A stretch of 64,000 nt of DNA from Paramecium tetraurelia (Eukaryota), in assembly GCA_000165425.1 (NCBI GenBank), contig CT868274.1:434001-498000 (forward strand), given 5' to 3'. The notes beneath the pieces were generated by a model. The model was not told where the DNA came from and did no database searches. It was given only the letters and a program-made list of their open reading frames with translations. The translations under genes were made by a program, and so were the position numbers. How positions within the stretch are numbered: the stretch's first letter is position 1; each line of letters begins with the position of its first letter. Below are positions 12,577 to 25,485 of this stretch, in pieces.

Positions 12577-13742
12577 TACCTTTCAATGTGAAAATTTATT
12601 AAAATTATTAATCAATTATTCACCTATATATATTGATTATTTTGGAAATTCTTCAGGTTTTTCTATAGATTTATCATTCCAATTCATCCAGATCAAAATT
12701 TCCTGCCTTAACCATAACAGATATTAAGAGAGAAATAATTTAAATCTCATTGAAAGCAATAATATTGCATCTCTTTATAAGGGCAAAAGTATTATAGTTT
12801 CGACAAATTTAGAATCAATCTAAAAGTTTATCTTACTGTAATTTTGGTAAACTTTTTTAGCAACCCATCCATTGTATATTCATGTATCAAAGAAAAAATT
12901 GTACATTTAGACTTCCCCATTAGATCCTACTGGATCATTTTGAATTTCATTAAGTACCATTCTACTATGCACCATCACATATAATTCTCTGGCTTAATAT
13001 AGATCATAGTTTACTAAAATCCAAATTAGTTTTCATTAGTATTTATAAAAAAATGTAATCCTTAAAATTAATTGAAACCCCAAGATTATTAATTAACTAA
13101 AGAATAACTCCATATTTAAATCTACTATTAAGAGTATTCGAAACGAAAGTAATACTTATTGATATGTTTGGTAATTAAATTTGTCTTTTTTAAACAACAG
13201 ACGTTATGTTTTATAAATTTTTGGTTTAGCACTATTATCCAAATTACTTAATCTTAGAGAACCTAGATATTTCCAGATGCTCCCCATGATCCTCAGCAGA
13301 TTTATAAATTACATAAGCAGCCCTACTTGATTACTGATATTAAATCTATATAAAATCAATTATAATCAATACAATACAAATATAACCTGTAAGAATTTTG
13401 TATATTTTAATTTAGAATACCTTTCATTTGGTTTCTTTAAATAACTCCCTTCAAAAGAACTTATAACTATATTCCAATATAAAATCAATATTGTTTTAGG
13501 TAATGAACCGATTCTTAGTGTTAAGAACCAATACTATGTAATTGACATGTTTAGAAATAAGAGCTATTTGAAAAACATTCATTCTACAATACTAAATCTC
13601 TTTATATTGTAAAGATTAGAACGATACATTAAAATTAAGTAGATTCACCTTTACCTGAGAGATATTGGGGTTTGGAAGTGAAAGAAAAAAATAATATTAT
13701 TATTTCAACTTAAAACAATATAATTATTTTTAATCATCGAAT

Positions 13743-16700
13743 ATGTCTTAATAATTTTAGAGTCAATCTATGTCCATATTGGGATATGTGCCTGCTTTGG
13801 TAGTGCAGCATCTTTTGAATCTAAAAATGAATAAATTGTTGAGAAAATTACCAGAGAAGTAGAGAATAAGAAGTGTTGTGATGTTTGCAGATATATCTGG
13901 ATTTACGCGATTAACAGAACTATTAAGTTAATTGGGAACTGAAGGGGCGGAGCGAATAGCATTTGCAATTAATCGCTATATGGAATTATTGGTTTAAGGA
14001 ATTGGAAGAAGTGGTGGTGATATTTTCAAATTCGCAGGAGGTACAAAAGTTTTAAATATCATAAGATGCTATGATTGTTATCTGGCCTCCTCCTCCAAAT
14101 GATCAAAACTTTCAGCAGAATTTAGAAACTCTGCTTAAATAAGCCATTTAGTCCGCATTGTTAATATAAGAAAAATTAACAAAAGCATAGATCGAATAAG
14201 GCATATAACTAAGTGTAAAGATCGGGTTCGGAGTAGGAGAAATGAACATAATACACGTCGGAGGTGTTTTCAATAGAATGGAGTATTTGGCAACTGGAGA
14301 CCCTTTGATCTAGGCATTTCATTCTGAACACTGTTTAACTGAGGGTGGAAAAATCATCATCTCTTAGTAGATTTATGATATGATTAACAATTTCTTCGAA
14401 TGTTAGAAGGTAGTTGATCATGAAGGACACTACGAAGTCATCAAATTATAATAAGCCAAAGTTAAGATGAAGGCAGATGCACTTTTAATCAAAAATAATA
14501 TCACCTTATCATAATTCCAAATGATTAGAAATGAGATACAATCTTACATCCCTGCTGCTCTTCTGCCTTATATTGATATAAATGAAGAAGCATGGAGTGC
14601 TGAATTGAGGAGATTGTCTATAATGTTTGTAAACTTAAAAATGGATTTGAATTCTGCAAAAAATGCTTAGGGATTGGAATAAATTTAAAGAGTCATTAAA
14701 ACTGTATAAAAATGTATTTATATGCATGAAGGATCATTAAATAAGCTATTAATGGATGATAAGGGTTCAACTTTAATTGTTGTTTTTGGTCTTCCTCCTC
14801 TTAGTCACTAAAATGATCCTGTCAGAGCTATCTTAACAGCATAATTGATGAACAAAGAATTGCCAAAGATTAATTGTGGCTGCTCTATTGGAATTGTTAC
14901 AGGCACTGTATTTGCAGGAGTAGTTGGTACAAGTGGTTCAAGAAGAGAATACTCTGTTCTTGGTGACTCTGTAAATCTTGCAGCTAGATTGATGCAGGCA
15001 GCTTGTTCAGAGACAACTCACAAAATTCTTATGTGTTTAGAAACTGCAAAGAGTGCTGGAAATTGTATAAGCACTGCCTTTTTGAGATAAACTTAAGTTA
15101 AAGGCAAGAATGCACCTGTTCATATTTATGTGCCTCTTGATAAATTAGTGGAACCAACACAGGGTAATTTGTTACCCAATTTCAAAACTCATAACTATGC
15201 ATATGGATTTGCGAAGAAATCAGATTTTATTGCTGTTTAATTATTTGGAAGGGAGGAATAGCATAAAAAGTTATTGAATCAAATTGATAAGGTGATTAAA
15301 GGAGTTGACAAGAAGAGTTTGATAATTCTAAAAGGAACCTATGGATGTGGAAAAAGTATTCTGGCTAAGAAGGTGTTGCATAGAGTGTAGGAGAAGATCA
15401 ATTCCAATTAGTACAGTCCATGGAAGTATGGTGAGTATCCACATCTCCTTGTTTAATAATTGGATCCCATAACAAGGACATTCAAATTAAATGGACTAAG
15501 GAGTATTTTGAAATAAATCTTTTTATTGTATGCAAAAAGAGTAGAGAAGCCACCAAACATGGAATTATTCAATATGATGGTGGATGTTAATATTCACCCA
15601 CAGAATATGATTTTAATGTTATAGGAGATAGTGGGTTTGAATGATAATAGACATTTAGAGAAGTTCCCAGCAAGATAACAAGAAGAGGACAAAGAAATTG
15701 AAATCAAAAGAATTGTGTTTCAATTTTTAAGCAATTTCTTTGAGTAAATCCCCAGCAAATTCTCTGAATTGTATGAAGGAAGATCTCCAGATCAAATTGG
15801 ATGGGATGTTATGAAGTCATCTGTTCAAAGATAAATTAATTATTCTATTAAATACACCAATATAATAGCACCTGTTGTTTTATGTTTAGATGATATTTAG
15901 AATTATGATTAAATTTCATTTCAAATATTGAGATAAATGGTTAAAACATATGATAGACTTACAATTTTGGCATTGTACAGAGATTCATTTCAAGAGATGA
16001 TTATCTAGCCAAAAGTGGCAGAGAAAAGGAAGTCTCAAGAGGATATTGCTATTGAAGGTATAACAGCATTAGAGGATAGAATGGATGGAAATCCTTTTAT
16101 ATTGATGCAATTAAGAGGAGTGGAAAGAAAAGGAGGTGTAGACGATGAATTTGCTAAGATGATAAGATTTTCATTCAACATCCAGAAGTTTACACCAGAG
16201 TAGGAATGTAGACAAAGTATTGGTGAAGGTAGCATAAGAAAAAGAAATACTTCTTCAATTCATGATGTTGTTATACAAGAGAATTAATCAAGAGAAATTA
16301 ATAATTAATTTCTATTTTGTGAGAACAAATAGAAACTAATAAAAACTGATGTTGAGTTATTGTTTATGTAATGGATTTATATGAAAACTGGTGGGAATCC
16401 ATTAATGGTTTTGAACTTTGTTTAAAATTTGATTGATTTGGATTTGATTAGACTAAGTCCAAAGAATGCTACCATAACAAATGAATTAGTTAATCTAATT
16501 AATTATGAAGAAAGTATCATAGTAGATGCCCCTTATTGTAGAATTGAAGTAAATGGTCCAATCATTGATAAGTTATCCTGTTTAGAATAGCTATTACTGA
16601 AATCAGCTAGTGTCATTGGAGATATATTTGATATCTAATTGTTGAATAAGACTTATCCATTCAAAAATGCAGTCAACAATAAATTGTAAAAGTTTTTGGA

Positions 16701-19262
16701 TGAATTAGAGGCAAAAGAGGTAATTGAAGTCATGGAAGTTAGAGAATAAAATATCTTCTATCGTTTTACATGTCCCTTCATGAGGGATTGTCTGTACTAG
16801 AGGATTACATTTAAATAAAGAAGATAATTACATAAAGCTGTAGCTGAGGCCATTTAACAATTGCCTTTACCATTTGAAACTGAAGAATTAGTGGAATGCA
16901 AGAAACTGCAATTCTAATGGTTGATGGCAGAATCTAATGCTTATCAACAGATTAACTTTGAAAATAATGATGATAATAAGTCTAATTCCAAACCCAACTT
17001 TTTGGTAAATCTAATTAATCCCAAATGTACATAAGACACACAAAAATTTTAGAATATGTCAAGTAAAGCACTGAAATCCATCATTTTAAAATAAATTGGA
17101 AATAAGTTCAATAGATCCTAAAACCATGCAAATATTATTTTGAGAGGAGGAGTCTTGATTAAGAAATCCAAAAATAGAGTATCCTCAGTTCCCAGGTATG
17201 TGATTCTGGATGGAAAAGAACTCAAGTTGTATTAGAATAGACAAGACTCTCTCAATTGCGAATTACCCTTATGCTCAATTCCATTAAAGAGTATATACTC
17301 AGTCATGGCTTTGGAAAGTGAAAAGAACTTCACTCTATAAATTGGATCAACCTATTGGTATAAGAATTTGAAAGAAATGGGAGATAGAAAGTTCTTATTT
17401 GATGCTAAGGATAATGAAGATTTATAATTATGGACAATCTATTTGGAATTCGCCAAGGCTCTTGCCATTTATGAGGATTTTACAAATAACTATGGTAAAA
17501 TTTGCTTTCCCATATCTAACCAATATGAATAGTATGATTCACAATTTAAATATGACATAAGAATTGAAGTATATATTATAATTATATATTTAGAATAAAT
17601 CGATTCGAGGAATTTAAATAGAAAAAACACAAAAAAATAATAAGGAATCAATTATCTAAAGAAATAGCAGACGCTCCAATAGACACTCGAAATTTACTGT
17701 TTCAAGTAAACAATTTAAGTTTATGGAAAAGAATTCGACTGATGAATTGTAAATTTAGAGTGCTTAAGTAGTGGATATGCAATTATTAAAAGAAAGAGTC
17801 AATTTGTTTTTGTAAAAAGGGTATGTATTTTTTTCATTTTATTTAGTATTTTGCTCTTGTTTTCTCATTTATTTGAACAATCAATACAAAAGGCAGACGA
17901 TTTCAAAATATTGGGGAATACTAGCATTGCGATGAGAAAATTGAATAACGTATTTAAAATAGATAAGCAATTGATTAATGAACACAATAAAAAATCAAGT
18001 GCTTTTTTGCAGCAACAATAAATAATGATGGAGGACAAACAAGAAACAAAGTTATAGGATAATTGGGAAATAGTAATTTAGAAGGTAGAAATGGATAATG
18101 ATTTAACGAATAATCAAAATTTAAATTAAATGTTAGAAGAGAAAATAGAGAAGACGGATATGATTTTTGAGTTAGAGAGAAAAAGTTCTTAAGATCAAGA
18201 AAAATTGTCGGAATTAGAAAATGATGATTAGACACCCAAATTAAATTTATAAGTGAAATCATTTAAAGATTTAAAGGAAAACATAGATGAAGAGGAAGTA
18301 GACAACTTCTAATTGGATGGTATTCACATTTATAAATATTAACTTAGAGAGTGCGTTAAGAAAACAATAGCATTTAAGAATACAAAGACTATAAAATTTT
18401 AAAGGCTCTTTTGGAAATGATTCATTTCAAAAAATGCATTCCGAAAGTGTATTACGATCTTCACCTTTGATGAAATAAGAAGATACTTTAACCGAAGTGT
18501 TGGCCACTCAATCTTAAACTGAAAATTCAAAAAGAGAATCTACAGACTTATATTAATCAACTTAACAGCCTCCTTAATTGTTAACTAAGATATCGGAGAA
18601 AGAATCAATTACGGATGCTTCGTGTTAAGTAAGTCGGCATTTATCTATTTGTTAAGTGGATAAGATAATTCCAGTAAGTAATAATTAAAGATCCAGATAG
18701 ACTAGCAATATCAATAATTAATAAAATAGGTCTCCTCCTCATACATAAAAATCATTGACCCCCACAAATCACTCATAAAAAAATACTTAATTTAACCTAT
18801 TAGACGAATGCAAATCTAAAGCAAAAAGAGATTCTTAATTATCATCTTAATTGAATTCAGGCAGAAATAAGCCTGCTCATTTGCTAACAAATTATATCAA
18901 TTCCTAGAAAACCTTTTCTAAATAAAATAATATTGTTTATGGCACAGCAATTAATAATTGTAAGCCAATAACAGGCGATAATTTTATTCTAAAACCTGGG
19001 TATAAGGTGATAGTTTAAAGGATTGACAAGTAAGCACAATTGATAGAATGTTTGTACGAAAATTTAATTGGAATTTTCAGATTGAGAGACATTGCTGTTA
19101 TTGAAGGTATTTAAAATTTATATATTGAAATAAGATCCTACTATTGAGTAAAAAATAGAAATAACATCATTATTATCAAAGTAGCCAAGCAAAAGTCCTT
19201 TAAAAAAATAATTATAATCCAACAGACCTAAACCGTTCCTAACTCCTACTAAAAAAAATTGA
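13743..19262 (+). CDS. Soluble adenylyl cyclase (ADCY10/sAC)-like protein: two class III cyclase domains, STAND NTPase, PH domain, SH3-like domain
   Basis: C1 VMFADISGFT..DIFKFAGDA. C2 GSLNKLLMDDKG..REYSVLGDSVNLAARLM. Walker A GTYGCGKS (15334-15357), Walker B VVLCLDDIQ, KTGGNPL. PH-like region about 17130-17460. Four micro-introns. Confidence 0.9.
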
Positions 19263-20010
19263 ATTAATTTTTCTTATTTTTAATATATATCCATCATTTT
19301 ATTTTTGAAAGGTAAAAGAGAAGGAGAATTTAGAAAAAAAAATTTTGTTTATGGCTAAATATTTAAAACCGATTAGATCTTATTTGAAAATGTGGTAGCT
19401 CTTTTAAGTGATCTGATATTTTATTATAAAAGTAAGAATTACTTAATCAGTTATCTTAATGTTTTTATTTAATCATAATTTAAATCGTTAATTATTCACA
19501 TCCTCAATTAAGAATAATTGATTATTTAAGAGAATCAGAGTTAGATGATTTGAAATAATATATATGATTTAATAAATACTGATAAATTTTTATTCTCATA
19601 CAAACCCATAAGAAATAATTCATAAAAACTAATATATTCTTATCACGAATACTTATTTATAGATTTGATCCAATTCAAAAAACAAATAATTAAATAAAGA
19701 TAATAAATTGTTATTTAATAAATATCAAACACCTGAAAGAACTTGAAGGAAATATTTATTTAATTAGTGTATAGAGAGATCATTTTTATATTTATTGAGA
19801 ATTATATAAAGGATTTAAAATTTCATTTAAGGGCCATCCTTTCCATTATCTTAAAGAATTAAGCTATTAAAAGGAATTCCATTCCAACCGCTTATTTTCT
19901 CCAATTTTGAAAGTATATGGCCTTCTTATTCTCAGCATCAATGCATTAGATACATTTTGATAAACTCGATAATATACAAAAGTAATTAATAATAAAAATA
20001 AAAAAAATAA

Positions 20011-21089
20011 ATGTATTGCACCTACCATGTTCAAAATCAAGTATCACTTATATGCATAGCAACTCACAAGTGTGAATTGAACAGAAAAATGTGTGTAGAA
20101 TGCCAATAGGAGCATGGCGTGGATTTGAAATAAACACTTCCTCTAAAATAGGTTGAAGAAATGGTCAAAAATAAGTTTAAAGAATTTCAGCTTGATGATA
20201 CATCTGATATAACAAAAGAGAGAATGAAATATAAAGCCATGCTCTCTTAAACAGAAAGTTCAATAAAGAATATTTTGGATGAGATATCAAAATTATTCGA
20301 ATAAACATTTGATAGGGTTGAATAGGAAAGTAAATCATTCACTAATCTAATCAACAATAATCCTAATTTAGCCAGCATTTCCAATAGTGAATTAAATAAA
20401 TTAGTTGAAATTTTATAATGGAACAATTTAAATGATTTTATAATTTAGAAAAATTTATATTTGGTTAGGTTGGAGAATTCACGGTTTTGGTGGGAACAAG
20501 AAGTTTAGGCATTTGGTGAGAAGTTGAAAACAGTAATGAATTAATATATAGAATTTTTCAGGTAATAATTTAGCAATTTTCAAAGTGTTAAACCAGTTAG
20601 CCTAGATGCCGATCTTATATAAGAATTAGAGATGAAGAATTAAGCAATATTAGAATACAAACAAATATTTATAGATAAAAAGTAATTATTAAATAATGAA
20701 ATTAAAACAAACCAAAATGAAATGATTGATTTATAAATTGAATTAGATGTCCTAAAACTTGGTGATACTATTATAACTGTAAACGTCAAAAGTTTTAGTA
20801 CAAATGTAAGTTAAACCTTCTAGATGTAATTAAGGGATAGTATCAGTGACCTTTACATACTGGCAGTTAATGAAGGAATTCAGTATTAAATTATTTATAT
20901 CTTAGCAAAGGATCACCTTTAGATTGTTGTTTACTTGTGCCATCTAAAAATATCAAATATGCTTCATCTGAATGGAAATAAAGATTTTAAGAAATTTTCA
21001 TACCAAACGATTACACTAATAAAACAATAACACTAGAATTTTGTTAGTATGATATCTAAACCAATCGATAAATTTACGAAGGCAAATGA
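20011..21089 (+). CDS. Cys/His zinc-finger-like N-terminus, coiled coil, ubiquitin-like C-terminal domain
   Basis: MYCTYHVQNQVSLICIATHKCELNRKMCVECQQEHG...; continuous frame with one 23-nt intron (20883-20905), ends QIYEGK*. The ubiquitin-like fold is inferred from the strand/helix pattern only. Confidence 0.8.
20756..21041 (+). repeat. Dispersed direct repeat, copy 2 (copy 1 at 1-286)
   Basis: About 94% identical to 1-286 at offset 20755. Confidence 0.95.
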
Positions 21090-22039
21090 TTAATAATTAA
21101 TTATCCAGAAATATCGTATTTAGAATTTGAAATCCAAAAAAAATACAGAAAGTTTTTATAGAGAAAGTGTAACAGATTTGCTTCATTCTTTTCTCCAAAT
21201 TTCGTGACATTTTGAAAATTCATTCGCTCTTGACCAAGCCATTTTTGGTTCAAATTATTTTATTATCTTTTACTTCAGGATCGACCAGTAACACCACTTT
21301 AGCTTAAAAAATCTTAGAACTTAATAGCGATGCAGTCAAAATATCTATCTCTCTTGTTTCAATTATGATTACCCATAAAGAATCAATAAAGATTTTCAAG
21401 CCTTCTTAGATAAATAGCTTTGCTAGGATAGAAAATCATAATGCTCATTACTTTTTTCATTTTTCTAATACTTTTATCTATTACCTAAATATATTTAAGA
21501 TTCAGACTAAAAGAAGATATCAAATGTCTTAATATTAATTCGACATAATCTTTGTCAATTTTCAATGTTCTATAATTATTATATTAAATAGAGTAGATTA
21601 TTCAGATATTTCAGTACTACTTTTTTTAGAGAATCCTTAAACTCTATGGTTTTTGGCTGGACGATTTTTTTAAAAGTTTAACTTAGCGATATTGTTGAAT
21701 TAACTCTCTCTGTCATAATTTCATACATAGATTTTTTTAATTAACCTCTTCTTTTCATAATTGTAAAATAAATCTTGGTAATTTAAGTAGAATCCTCTAA
21801 CCTGCTAGTTAAATTTTGATTTCCATTACTTTTGTTCTATAATTCACATTTTAATTTATTCATCATATACTAGTCTACAATTTAGACAGGTATTTATTGG
21901 TTCTCAATGTAGTTTCGTACCTTTATACCCTTACTTTCTATTAAAATAACGAAAGACAATTAACTCATTGATTTCCTTCCAAGTCTGAATTATAGATTTC
22001 TGTTTCAAAATGCAAATTACTAATTAATATAAATATATA

Positions 22040-22225
22040 ATGGTAAAATTTGAAGAATTTTAGAAACTAACACCAAAGGAAAAGAAGAAGGCGATGGCAG
22101 AATTACATGATTTGCGTGGACCTACTTATTAAATTTTTAAAGAGAAGCCGTTCCATCACATTCAAAAAAAAGTGAATCCAAAACACAACTTTGGAATATA
22201 TTCAGTCCCAAAATATTTTATTTGA
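22040..22225 (+). CDS. Small basic 61-aa hypothetical protein
   Basis: MVKFEEFQKLTPKEKKKAMAELHDLRGPTYQIFKEKPFHHIQKKVNPKHNFGIYSVPKYFI*, with an AT-rich leader and coding-like composition. Confidence 0.55.
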
Positions 22226-22233
22226 TTTAATAT

Positions 22234-23468
22234 ATGGACCATTTCTTAAGATTCATAAATCCCCACGTCTTTTTGGGATGTGTGCAGTTCTTGCAATTAC
22301 AAACATCTAAAGAAAACGAAGCTCTTCTAGGCACAAGACTTTTTGAAAGACTAAGAAAAATAGGTGTGCCATAAGAAAAAATTGATTAAATCATGCAGCA
22401 AGACAATTTAAATGGGAAACTCTCCCAGGTTTCAGAATTACTTAGACTGAGATCAAGAGCACTTGTAGATTACGTTCAAGAAAATTTATGGACTGTGGAA
22501 GAAGCCTACTAAGCTTTAATAATATTATTTGATCAAGGAGAATATGAGAGAGCTACAGAGATTGTTGATAATCTGTATCCCTGTGTGGAAGCAACTGAGA
22601 AGTTAAATCATTTGAGAAACGGATTCCTATGGGCTAGATTAGTAATAAATGCCTTTATAATTTTAGAATTGCAAATTAATTGGTCTTTTTAAGAACAACA
22701 ACAACGCTACAGCCTGTATCGAAGCAATCAAAGACTTATTAAAATAGGAAGATCAAATAAAATATAATTTCAAACAAAGAGCTGATCTCTTACACGCTGG
22801 AGTTTTGGTTTGTTTTATATCTGACGATACAAATGCATTCCTAGAACTCTTCTCAGGTGATTAATTCTTAGAGGTGGTTCACACCATTGCTCCCTATTTA
22901 TTATATTACTATGCAGTGGCTTTGTTGATAAATTAATAGTTTGTTGGTAATACTAGTCTCGCCTAAATTGGTGCCAATGCTAGTAAGTCAGTTATGCATT
23001 TTCATTTATTGAATTATGTTGAGGAAATTATTGTTAAATTTCAATTCGACAATGCAATCAAGATGGTGAATGATATTGCAACTGAAATCGATAAAGACTT
23101 TATTGTGAAATCCAAAAAGGCCATCATCATTAATGCATGCAAACTGTATTTCTTTTCAACTTACATCAAAATCTTAAATGGAGTATAAATTAAGTAAAAT
23201 TATGCATTTAATGGATTAGGCAATTTTCGAATTATTTATAACTAAATGAAGAAGAAACTGAATCATGGTTGGTTAATGCCATTAGAACCTTAAATATTAA
23301 TGCCAAAATAGATGGGGATAAAATAATTGTGTAAAAATAAGATAATAATGCATAGAACACACAAGTATGCAATTCCATTTAAATTAGTTATTAAAATAAT
23401 TAAGAGACTTACAACCAAAATCGAATATGTTAATATCAAACCTTTAAAGGATTATTAACATTAAGTGA
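22234..23468 (+). CDS. EIF3E: Translation initiation factor eIF3 subunit E (PCI domain)
   Basis: FINPHVF, LFDQGEYERA, FLWARLNCKL, QRADLLHAG, VHTIAPYLYYYYAVA, ETESWLVNAIR..INAKID. Three micro-introns. Confidence 0.8.
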
Positions 23469-23572
23469 ATCATGTAAAGTATAGTAATCAATAACATAAT
23501 ATAGTTAAACACCCTATATAAAATACTAAACCTCTTATTTATATTTATAAGTTATATTCACTTAATCAAATA

Positions 23573-25233
23573 TCACAATTGACTATAAGTGCAATTCATC
23601 AACAAATCCAAAACTTCTTTATTAAATTAGTTGAAATCAACATATCTTAAGTTGAAATCTGAAAGAGAATGTATTTATTAATTCAACTTCTAACATGACC
23701 CTTAAACATTTCGCTTATTATACTACATCTTTTCAATAAGTCTACATTACTTATTCTTCTTATTTGAGTCTAATTTGAGAGTATCCGAGATATTCATGAA
23801 CATTTCATTTAATTTATTAATAACATCATTATTGTTCTTTTTGCATGATTGCATTTTAAACATTATTTTATCGGTATTGTTACCCATTTCTAAAACATGT
23901 TATGATATTTTTAATCTTAAATTTACTATTGGGTTGCAAATTAGATTTATAAAGAATACACTCAAACAGAATAACAGAATTGCTAAACCAAAAATTATAA
24001 GAACAGCATAACCATACTGCAGATAAAATCCTTTTTACTCATCCAATATCCTTTGCTCCAATATATTTTATTATGTGAGATTAGTAAACCTATAAATTAA
24101 AAGATATATTTACAAAATTAGTGTAAAATTCTCTTTTATAAATTTTTTACACTTTATTTTAACAAATTACTAGTATAGTTTATTATAGAGCATAAATATT
24201 TGATCGTATTGATTTTAACTTGATTATTCGTTATTCGCCTTCTTTTCAATTTCCTTCCAATCCGTAAAGTTGAACCCAGTTATTGTCTCATTGTAGATAT
24301 ATAAAGCCTCCACGTTTCTGATTGGATTTTCCATTCCATAATGCATAACCTAGCCATCTTAGTTAATTAATAAGACATTAAATTATATTTTCTGTAAGTT
24401 TTGGTCCGTTACATATACTTATGTTTTTACTATTGCGAAGAACTCTTTTTACTAATCAAACAAGGATTGAGTGATTGAAAAACTAAACTTGTCAGTTCCA
24501 TACAAGACTTAGTAGACATTTGTAAAAAAGTAAAACTCATTCTTTGTATTGTTTGCTTAGGCCATGTGATTTTGATACCTAAGGCTATCTTTATAATATA
24601 CCATATCCTATCCTATGGATTATAATTATTCAATAATAATCCTGTTGGATATAATGAATCAAATATTATTGGACTTGTGTCTACCACCTACAAAAAGTTA
24701 GGCCATTACATATTGAACAGTAGTGAGAATTGATCAAGTTGTTTAAGCCCTTAATACAAAAGCTTGATATTGTCATTTAATATAATCTATTGATACTGCT
24801 CACTGTGGATTTAATAGCAGAACTACGGAATGTTCTGAATATATCGTGAGTTTTTGTAATCATCTTCAGTTAGGCAAAGTTGTAAATCCTAATTAACGAG
24901 GAATTGTTTTTGATGGTTAGCCAAATAAAAAAAAAAAGAAGCAATATTGTCAAGGAGTTAGATGCCTTTTCATTTCATGTATTATTTACTTCTTTTATGC
25001 TTTTTTATTAAATAGGCTTCTACTTGATTTCCAAGGCTGTCGATCTGCTTAATGTCGGTAACATTCATCATGATATTCGAAGATTCTAGGCTGATATCAT
25101 AAAATATCACGGCCTCAACATAGATTCCTAAAGTGCAAACACTCAAAACGATTAACAAGATCATCATATCAAGAATTATTATCTAGGATTTCATCTTCAT
25201 CTCTCTAAACTAAGAACAACTGAATACGCACAT
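23573..25233 (-). CDS. Two-TM membrane protein with extracellular Cache-like domain and HAMP-like linker
   Basis: N-terminal TM segment ILLIVLSVCTLGIYVEAVIF, YNPQDRIWYQNH, YIYNETITGFNFTDW, second TM segment, short cytoplasmic tail. Confidence 0.7.
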
Positions 25234-25485
25234 CAAATTAGGGGGATTTTAAATTTTAATTATAAAATTAGCTGCTCATTAATTAACAAAAACCTATTAA
25301 ATTTACTATTTAATTAGGTCAAATTAATTGACGTAATTTATATTAGAATATTCTTAAATGTATATATCCAAACTAAAATAGAATTGAATTAGATGAGATG
25401 AGAAAAAGTATAAGATAATTGAATTCTATTTTAAGAGAAAATTAAATAAATAAATAATATAAACTACAATAAATTACCATAACAT

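Noticed and set aside
12620..13700. Possible gene(s) upstream of the cyclase
   Set aside because: Only fragmentary frames were found and no reliable model could be built.
21100..21970. Minus-strand ORF fragments
   Set aside because: Interrupted by TGA, with no recognisable domain or transposase motif.
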